Shown here: positions 54,531 to 64,000 of the stretch, in pieces
How the letters are laid out: every line of letters starts with the position of its first letter
Numbering within the stretch: the stretch's first letter is position 1
Origin: the human T2T-CHM13v2.0 reference genome, Homo sapiens
DNA: 64,000 nucleotides
Assembly (NCBI RefSeq): GCF_009914755.1
Contig: NC_060928.1
Direction: 5' to 3' (one strand)
The notes under the pieces: model-generated
What the model was told of the DNA's origin: nothing
The model's database searches: none
The model's input: only the letters and a program-made list of their open reading frames with translations
Program-made: the position numbers and the translations under genes

Positions 54531-54735
54531 GGCCAGACACAGTAGTTCACTCTGTTAATCTTAGTGCTTTGGGAGGCTAAGGCTGCATGATTTCTTGAAG
54601 ACAGGAGTTCAAGACCAACCTGGGCAATACAACAAGACCCCATCTTTGTAATTTTTTTTTAATTAGCCAGGAGTTATGATCATACAACTGCACAGAGTGA
54701 AACTCTCTCTCTAAAAAACAAAAATATAAATAAAT
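54531..54735 (+). mobile_element. AluJo-like with large right-arm deletions
   Basis: Left arm complete; ttagccagg joins directly to gagttatgatc, and ctgcac joins agagtga. Confidence 0.85.
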
Positions 54736-55269
54736 ACCAATTTTTTTGCTGTTTCATTAACAGACATTTTATTAATAAATTATTTAACTGTAATTTGAAA
54801 AGTAAACATGTAAAATTTAAAATTATGATGAGTTATTACCTTTAATATGTTTTTCTATTTAACTTCTTAGATATTTTATGACTAAAATTTGTATTTATTA
54901 TCCCCAAACAACTTTGTGGAACTGACCAGTGCCTCAGGCAGGACACTTGGCTGTAGGCTAATATAGAGGCCCAGATAATGCTTTTGATTCCTATGGTGTA
55001 CATACCTACATAATAGAATTTCCCAACGATTATATGTATATGACCTATAAAGGTTTTTCTGTTTAAACTCTGCACATACCAAACAGTCAGATAGTTTTGT
55101 CTTCATAGCTACATACAAGCTAGAAGTTTCTTATATGTGTTGGATTAAAGCCACAGGTAATTCAAGCACTGGGACAAGTAACTCTGGAATAAATGCTTTG
55201 TTGCACTTGTAAGTGACAAAGAGTACAAAGGCTTCTGAACAGACAGAAAAATGTTTGTGACACAGAGAA

Positions 55270-55408
55270 ATAATAAATGTTTAGGGCGGTGGATACCCCA
55301 TTTACCCCAGGGTGATTAGTACACATTGTATGCCTGTATCAAAATATCTCATACACCCAATAAACATATGTACCCACTATGTACTCATAAAAAATAAAAT
55401 AAAAAAGA
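55270..55408 (+). mobile_element. L1MA2/3-like extreme 3' end
   Basis: ggataccccatttacccc...cattgtatgcctgtatcaaaatatctcat...tatgtactcataaaaaataaaa. Confidence 0.87.
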
Positions 55409-56730
55409 AGTATTCTCTTTTGAATAAATAGTTTTGCCCACACATTTAAACAAACTCTTATCAGGGAAACCAGCTGAAGTAGCTGTAATAAGCTTATCTC
55501 AATGTGACAAGAGTGTTGATAAACACTTCAAATTACGATATAAATCAATCAATCCCTGCTTGACCAAACTATGTCTTTTTAATAGGAAAGTAAATACAAC
55601 TCCCTCCAATAACCATCACTTCCAAAAAATATAAGAGTGTAAGTCTTTTAATTTTAGAAATAGAAAAATTGACCTTTTTAAAGTCTTTACATTGTTTTGG
55701 AAATGAGATCAATAGCTGTAATACAAATGGATAAAAACTGAACCTTTAAGATTTATGAAAATTAAGAATGTGTATTCAATGCATTTTTTAAATTGGGGTA
55801 ATAAATTAATGCAAAGAGGCTTTCAAAATTGGTGGGAAAAACCATTAAGACTTAGTTTACAAGATCTAGATTGGGAAGTTTTACATGTCCCATTTATATT
55901 ATACAAACCTGCTGGGATATTGAAGATATGGATACAATAAAGTAAGACAGTTCCATATTTGATTTACGGAATGAGTACTAGTTTGTGGACAGCACTAATC
56001 ATATGTATGCATTCTTTCCTAAAGCATTTGAAAGCATTATTTACTTTTTACCTAATTTCTAAAACTCCAGTGGCATAATTCAGAATAATAAAATGAAAGT
56101 TAAAATGCATAACCAATTAAATTTGGGGCGAAAGCACATTTTTGGCAAGACTGCTTTCAATTATTATTTAGTACTGTTTAGACTTGTCAGTCTGTGCTGA
56201 ATCAGCTGAGCAGTCAACATGAGCTCTTAGCAATCATTTGTTTTTTACTTGTCTTTTATTTTCCATGTGACTTTTAAATATGAAAGTACAACATTTGGTT
56301 AATGGGTGTCTCTTATATAAAGTTACCGTATTGCCCATAATTGTCAACTGCTTAATGGTTTTCTTTTCTTTTATGATTTTTTTTTTAGGAAACATTAACT
56401 TTCCTCAATTGGCGAGAGAGCAGCATCCACCTATGAACATGAATGTCATAATGACCCAGATCTTTAGCATAGCAAAGATATATTTAATATATTCATTGCA
56501 GCAATGAACAAGATGCCTCTGTACTACAAGCTGATGACAGGCAAGAACAAAAGAGACAGACATAGTACATGGGAATTTGCAGAAGCCTTTAGTTTTCTCA
56601 TATGCCTGTTTTTTTTTAAAGCCTTATTTACTTGCCAGATTACAAAAAGCCCTAGTTACTTTTCATAGATCAATCCATTTAAAAAAAAAATTTTAGATAA
56701 CCTTGCAGAATAACCACCCTGGCCCCAAAC

Positions 56731-56854
56731 TAGTGAGACCATACATTGTGGTTTGCCCAAGAGAGTTTGAGTCACTTGCAACACTACATATATTAAGAGG
56801 ATATCTTCAGTCCATAAGTGCTCTGGTTTAATCAATCATATATACGTCTTCCTA
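56731..56854. mobile_element. MER94-like hAT-Blackjack MITE
   Basis: tagtgagaccatac...ggtttgccc...aagtgctctggttt...tcttccta; decayed TIRs. Confidence 0.6.
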
Positions 56855-57102
56855 CCCACCATTGTGTTTAATCTTTTCAAAATATATCCCTGTAATGATT
56901 AGGGTTATTAGTTTGACATTAGAGTTCACCTCATATGAAACACATTCTTTACACCATTAGACCAGCCCTATGTAATCTCTGGAAATTGTACTTAGCCATA
57001 AATTGAACATATGATAGTATAATTGTTCAGTTTGATTTATTGTGATAGATCTTGCATCTGTAAGAAATGTTTTCAGCTATATGTAACAAAATGACAGTGG
57101 CA

Positions 57103-57405
57103 GGCTGGGTGAAGTGTCTCATGCCTTTTATCCCAGCACTTTGGGAGGCCGAGTCAGGCTGATTGCTTGAGCTCAGGAGTTCGAGACCAGCCTGGGCAAC
57201 ATAGTGAAACTGTATTTCTACAAAAATAGAAAAAATTAGCCGGGGATGGTGTCATGTGCCTGTGGTACCAGGTACTCAGGAGGCTGAGGTGGGAAGATTC
57301 CTTGAACCCAGGAGGCAGAGGTTGCAGTGAGCCAAAATAGCCCCACTGCACTCCAGCCTAGGAGACAGAGCAAAGCATGTCTCAAAATAAATAAATAAAT
57401 AAATA
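57103..57405 (+). mobile_element. AluJb-like, inside a decayed MLT1-like LTR (~57055-57870)
   Basis: Full dimer, gattgcttgagctcaggagttcg, (AAAT)n tail, imperfect TSD aaaat(g/a)acagt(g/a)g. Confidence 0.92.
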
Positions 57406-58459
57406 AAATAACAGTAGTGTTAATAAACTACATATTTCATTAATTCTTGCAGGATATATGAGGTGCATAATTTTGATTTGGTAGTAGTTTTATGATATCA
57501 TCAATAATCCAGATTCTGTCTCTTATTCTATGCCTCTATACATTTCTTTTTCTTTTCCTCGTTTCACACTTGTAACCTCATGTTTGAAAGATGGTTATCA
57601 TAGTTCTTGGTTTCATTTCCATTTTCAAGGGAGTAAAAAGGGCAAAAAATTGTACCAGCAACTCCTTTCTTCTTTTCTTATGTCAATGAAGGAAACTTGT
57701 TCACAAGATTATAGGTTGTCTTCCCCATTTTACCACACTGAATTTGAAATAGGACCACCTATAGCTATACCGGTGACGGTAAATTCAAATTTCTGTCATT
57801 TATTTTATCTATTAGAAGGTAGTAAAGCTAAATTGGGGTAGAGATGTCTGTTGACATACAGTGTCTGCAATAGTACTTTACGTATTGCATTGCTTCTGTA
57901 AAGAGTTTAGTAGTGTTTTTAGATTGTAAAAGTATTTGTCGTGTAAGTCATCCTGAACCATTCAATCAATCAACTACTGTTGGACATTTATGCTGTCAGA
58001 AATTTTACTACAAAACTTCTGACTATCCTTTCTTATTTCTTAGCATAAATTTTGATTAGATTTTTAGGGACAAAGGGTATGACTAAATGTATTAAAAAAT
58101 ACTTGTTGAAAATTTATTCCCTAGAAACAGTCCATTATCAACCATACCCTCATGATCAGTAAAAGTAATATTACTAATACAAATAGAAAAATTATGATAG
58201 TTACTATGTCATATTGTATTTAAATATTGTCTATATGATAATTTATTTAAGCCTCAAAAAGGTCTGTTTTCTCAAATAATTTATTGAAAAATGTATAACT
58301 TCATGTTACTGTATGTAATATGCTAAATAGCTATTTATATTTAGATTTATTCTAAGCTTTCTATAGCACTTTATTAATGTATCTCTTTATTCTGCAAAGA
58401 TTACTATCCTGTTCTAACACAGTAGTTTTATCTGTTAGTATGTGGAAGTGGAATTCACT

Positions 58460-59200
58460 TTTCCATATTCTTTCTGTTTACTATTCTGAAGGTAACGTGA
58501 TTTTGATTGCTAAATTTTTTAGACATTATATATTTTCAATTTCAGAATTTGCATTTATATTTTGTAACAGTTTCTATTTGTTGAGATTTTCTTTTTCTTG
58601 ATTGTAAGCCTACTTTTGCATCATTAAATACAACTATAATTATTGCTTTAACATTCTTGTCTACTGATTCCAACATCTGGTCATCTTTATCTTTATTTTT
58701 TTATCTGAACATATGTCACTTTTCGTCTATTATTGCTCGATAATTTTGGGTTTTATGTCAGTCAGTGCAATGTCATATTGTGGAAAGACTAGATTTCCTC
58801 ATACTTTGTCAAGGAATATTGACTTGTTTTAACAGTTGGATTCAAACACAATGTTTCTCTTAGGTGGCAGTTAAAAATCTCAGTTCATTTCTTTTGTCCT
58901 TATCTGATTACTTTGAGACTTTTGCACGTGTATATGGTTCAAAATAAGCTAGTGATTTGGAGAAAGTTTATCCACATAATGTTGGGTTTCCCTTCTCTGC
59001 TTTTCATCTTTTAAGGATTCTACCCTCATTTTCTTAGCATATATGTTTGCCTTGAAATTTGGCTCAGATATCTTGTCCTTAAAGACTGATATGTGAATGA
59101 ATCATCTAATTAAATTGTAGTTGTTTTGGTGGGAGATTACTTCCTCTGCCCTCTATCTTACTAAGTTAGATGGGATGCTCCCAAAGAGTATCTTTTTTCT
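58460..59200 (-). mobile_element. Old L1 (L1ME/MD-type) 5'/ORF1-region fragment
   Basis: atattttcaatttcagaattt...tataatattgctttaacattcttgtctactgattccaacatctgg. Confidence 0.6.
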
Positions 59201-59752
59201 TCAAAATTAGAAATGGCTACTGGATATGCATCTACATTTTATTTCCCATTTGGATTCTAATTAGGTAATAGGCTTGCTTCCCTGTGTTTATCTGAGCCAG
59301 GAAAAACATTTAAAAAAGATATTAAGAGGGGAAAAAGCACAACAGTGTAACTGTTTATATTTTGATTTGTCAGAGATAAGTTAGTGATCCATGGACAAAG
59401 CAGACACAAAGAGAAAGTGAGCATAAACTGTTTTACCACTCTGCGTTTTATCATGAGGGATAGAAGGTGAGAAATTGGACAATGTCAAACCACAGTTAAA
59501 ATATAATTTTAGAGATACCATAGAATCTACAAAGAATTAACGAGTGAGCCCCAAAAGGAACCAACATTTAAATTTCTAACAGATACAAAATATTGACAGC
59601 CAATCAGAAACAGCCAGAAAAACAGGAATGGATTCTTCAGATGATTTTTTAATGGCCAGCATAAAAAGATTTAATAGAGCATGGAAAACCCATTTACTGA
59701 AGAAAACTTACAGTTTCAGTTTTAACTGGATACATATGAAATTTGATCTAAA

Positions 59753-59908
59753 CCTGTTTCTCAAACTTTAATGTGGATATAAACTCACTTGAGCATCTTG
59801 CTGAGAATGTAGATTCTGATGTATTAGTTTGGGGGTGGGTCCTAAAATTCTGCATTTCTGTTAAGCACATAGGGATGTGATTATTAATAATTGATGGGCC
59901 AAACACAT
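59753..59908. mobile_element. MER5A1-like hAT-Charlie MITE
   Basis: gtttctcaaactttaatgtg...atgtagattctgat...gggggtgggtcctaaaattctgcatttct. Confidence 0.78.
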
Positions 59909-60311
59909 TTCCCCTGTCAATAATTTTTTAAAAAGTGAAATATGAAGAGTAAGCAAAAGCTGTTAAATGAAAAAAAAAAAGACCTCTTTTAAAAAAGGGA
60001 GGGAATATAAGTTTGAAAAAATAAATCTTCAAAATTTGACGTGAGGATAGGAAAGAGAAAAGTTGAACCTCAGGAATTAATAAAAACGAAAAGGAGGGTC
60101 AATCCTGGAGGTTGACTATCTAAGCAACAGAACTTATAGTAATATGAATTGTAGGAATTACAGACAAAATAATAAAAAAATCTCAAAGTGATTATCAAGA
60201 GTATATACAGTGGACCAGCCAATAAAAGAATAATGATCTAAAGAATGTTTTAAAATCTCGAGAAAAAAATTCATAACCAACTAACTAAATAAATAGTTTA
60301 TATAAAAAGAA

Positions 60312-60890
60312 TATTTAGTCAGGGTTTGAGAGAAGCAAAACCACAAGATAAAGGTATGAGTAAACTACAGTATTTCCTATACAATTGTGGCAAAAGCTGG
60401 GAAAGTGAAGATCTGAAGGAGGAGGCTAATTAGAGACTGGAGTCATTTAATCAGTTTACCAAAAGCACCTACCTGTGTGGGAACGTTAGGGCTTTCACTA
60501 GAATTTGAGAACCCAAGCGCATCCAGCCCCTGAGGTGTGGGTAAGGAGCAGATGTGGCTGTCAAGAATCCTGGGAAAGTGCTGCCTCTGTGTAGCTACCA
60601 CCTCTGTAGTCTACAACCAAGTGTCTGGTTGTGAAACTGAGTCTGTTTTGGATACTAGGATGGCAGCTGTTAAGATGAGATACGCATGATGCGGAAGAAT
60701 GAAGAGGAGGTAGTAACCGCCAGGACCTCTGAATATATTGACCACTATGTCTTACCTTTGAGAGTAAGGACCATCGATTCACTCTAATCTTCTAATATTT
60801 TACAGTTCCTCTTTTGTCAACTCTAAAATGTAACCATATAGAAAAGGGAAATTTGGGGGAAATATTTTCCATTTTAACTAAGTTTACAAT
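60312..60890 (-). mobile_element. ERVL-class LTR remnant (LTR41/LTR52-like)
   Basis: tagtcagggttt...gaagcaaaaccac and end caactctaa...aaccatatagaaaagggaaatttgggggaaat...ttaactaagtttaca. Confidence 0.55.
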
Positions 60891-61586
60891 AACTTATCTT
60901 AGTAGAAAGGAATTCTTTAGCACTAATAGTCAAAATACCCTGGTTTTCAAATTGGTCTAACAGCAAGAGTCTTACTAAGACTGTTGGCTTATATCTGTGT
61001 AGGAGACAACAGTGTCTTCTTGAGAAAACAATTCTGAGTCAATTTCTCCAGATCTCCTGGTTTTGTCTTGAAGGATCAGAGCTAGGAAAGCCTTGACAGA
61101 GTCATATTATTGGATTTCTCCTCCTTCATCTTATCTTATTATCACTCACAGAGTATCTGAAGAAACCCAAGAGCATGTCTTGTCAGTATACTCAATCCAA
61201 ATGCACTAACCAAACCATTTCTAAAATAAGACAAGACCACAGCATTTTATTGATTTATTGCATGTATTCCACAAAATTTTAGAAATGTTTTGGAGATAGA
61301 ATTCAACTGATTGTGTTTGGCATAATGACTATTTTCTAAATTTATCAGAAAAGATAAAATATGGCCATATTTTAAGAAAATTGTCCTGGATTCACCTCCA
61401 AGGAGTTTTGTCACATATCTGTAATGACTGCAGAGATAATAGAGTGACTAGTATCTGAAAAGAGTGTTAAAATAATGCAAGCAAGTACATTATATAGAAA
61501 ATCAAGGAAGTCATTTGTAGCCTGACTATAAGCATAGAGTTTCTGAGTGTTTTACTCTGTATTGAAGGGTTAGTTGTGTGGAGATA

Positions 61587-62481
61587 TGTATGGAGACCCC
61601 CTGAAACTATTGCTATGGAATAAAAGGTGAAATGCTCCTGATTATTGTAAATACAAAATTGCATGCAGGATTGTGTAAAGACAATGCCAGGCTGGACTGC
61701 CAGAATGAGCCAACAGTGCATGATGCACTTCCCCCTGCAGACAGACTATGAATGGACATGCAGTAAGGGAGGTTTCACATCACCAAGATTCCTATCCCAG
61801 AAAAGCAGATGTTCATAGCTCTGGGAATGGAATGTGACCCTTGTGGGGAGCCTATAAACAGACGCATGGAGGGCGCCTGTCCATATGGATAAGACAAGAC
61901 TATAAACGCCCTCATCTTGCCGCGGCTCTTCTAGGCCTCTTTAGGGTTAAGGCATACGCCCTTCTGAGAATTTCTGGTCTAACCGGTTGTCTAGCTTCAC
62001 ATCCTGTTTCCATGGATTGTTTGTAAACAGCTTTTGTTGCAATTGTTACTGCTGATTAATATCTTCCTAATCATAGGTTATGGAAAGACTGTGTTTCTGT
62101 TCAAAGGCTCTGTTAGAAATTACTGACGTACACACTATATTGTAAACTCTTATTTTTCTATACTGTACTTCTACATACAAATGTACTGTACTTCTACATA
62201 CAAATGTTATGTTAAAAATTACTTCATCCCGATGTGATCATCTCACCTCATAATCAAATGACCCTAAATCCCTCACTAACCTACCCCGCCCTCACTAAAC
62301 TTAATAATAAATACTGGTATATCCAGTGTATTGTTGGCAGTGTGGGACCAGAAGGCAGTGACCCCCCTGGAACCAGCTTTCACTATCTTGTGTGTGTCTA
62401 TTATTTCTCAACCTGCCGATCCGCCTGGGAACAAAGAGAGAGCCCCGTTGCATTGCGGGCTGAGGGCCAGATCCCGCAATA
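61587..62481 (+). mobile_element. MER11D solo LTR (ERVK/HML-7), full length 895 bp
   Basis: tgtatggagaccccctgaaactattgct...gccagatcccgcaata; perfect 6-bp TSD gagata at 61581-86 and 62482-87. Confidence 0.92.
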
Positions 62482-62500
62482 GAGATATGGCAACATTTTA

Positions 62501-62866
<366 letters not shown>

Positions 62867-63669
62867 AAACTCCATATGGTTATGGCAAAGGTTTATTACT
62901 TGTATCTTTGTATTCTTTATCATGCTCATTATGTAACTCACTTAGGACATGAATTAATTCAGTCAGTTTTTTATCACCAAGACCTAATGAACATTTTTTA
63001 AATTAATTTTCAAGTTTTTTCATCAAGATAATCTTCTTATGAATAAAATTTTACATTGTTGACTTAAATGCAGTGAAAACACATATCTTTAAATAGCAAT
63101 TAGTATACTGTAAATATAAAAACATTTATATAGACTTACACAACCTAAAACCAGCCATACTTTTGAAAAGTTGATATAAGGCAGATGATTTAAAATAATA
63201 AATTCACGTTAAGTGTATATATATATATATATCTGTTAATAAGATCTGAAGGAGTTAATCTATATTGAAATTTGGCAAATGTTTTATTTTTTTACTTACA
63301 AAAATTATTCTTTCCATATAATAAATTAATACATGCATAAATCACAGTACAGTGTAAGTACAGCAGGTACAGAATTAAAAATATTGTTGGATAGATAATG
63401 CACAACATTCCATTACTAACTTATATTCATTAATTGCTTAAAAAAATCACATTTATGTGCATACTTTCATTTTGCATATTTGACAGCCTTATGATGCAGT
63501 CATTAATATAACCATTTTCCAGTGAGAAAGATATGAGTTACGCACTTTTCTCAAGTTGAAATTAAATTTAATTTTAATTCCTCAGATTCCTTTTCTCCGT
63601 CTTTTTAAAATAACAAGTCTCAGGAGTGAAAAAGGATTGTGGGAATTTTGAAGTGAGTGCTCACTTGTG

Positions 63670-63950
63670 CCCCAGGGAAATTAAGAGAGGCTTCAGAGAG
63701 GGTGAAATGGAAATGAACATTGAGTGAAATACAGGAATTTTAGCTAAGAGAAGGCATTGTGAGAAGCAAATTTTATTAGAATCTATGTGCAAAGGAGAAT
63801 GAGTTGGAAATTTACCTGGACAAAGAAATAATAAATCAGGGTAGAAGGGCGTTATGATGAAAGAAAGAAATAATATAACACAGTGGAAGAAGGCTCTGGG
63901 TGCTAACTAGAAAAATTATCTTGTGATACTTTCTGGTTTTTTTTGTGACT
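63670..63950 (-). mobile_element. L2 fragment
   Basis: aagagaggcttcagagagggtgaaat...acaggaattttagc...atgtgcaaagg. Confidence 0.55.
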
Positions 63951-64000
63951 TTAAAATATTTAATTTTACAACAACAAGGTGACTTTATTGTTATAAAGCA

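Overview
AT-rich, gene-poor primate (human or great-ape-like) genomic DNA, either intergenic or deep intronic. I see no protein-coding exon, RNA gene or CpG island. Much of the window is interspersed repeats: Alu (S, J and FAM), L1 of many ages, L2, MIR, solo LTRs (LTR29/MER50-like, THE1A, THE1C, MLT1/MLT2, MER31 plus internal sequence, MER11D) and DNA transposons (full-length Tigger1, Tigger4b, Charlie, MER58B, MER5A1, MER94, two MADE1). There is also a ~930-bp AT-rich 29-bp VNTR. The long ORFs in the track are repeat-derived or low-complexity artefacts. Best second-look items: a young L1PA2-like insertion with a 17-bp TSD whose inverted segment skips ~4 kb and joins the antisense 5'UTR to an open ORF2 C-terminal frame; two further 5'-inverted old L1s nearby; an unassigned GG...CC element with TSD-like flanks (possible Merlin/MuDR-type transposon); the quasi-palindromic VNTR; a miR-548-like MADE1 hairpin; and an intact MER11D LTR next to a CpG-retaining Alu. 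I found no convincing new biological system. Subfamily names come from recalled consensus sequences, not from a database search, and old-element boundaries are approximate.
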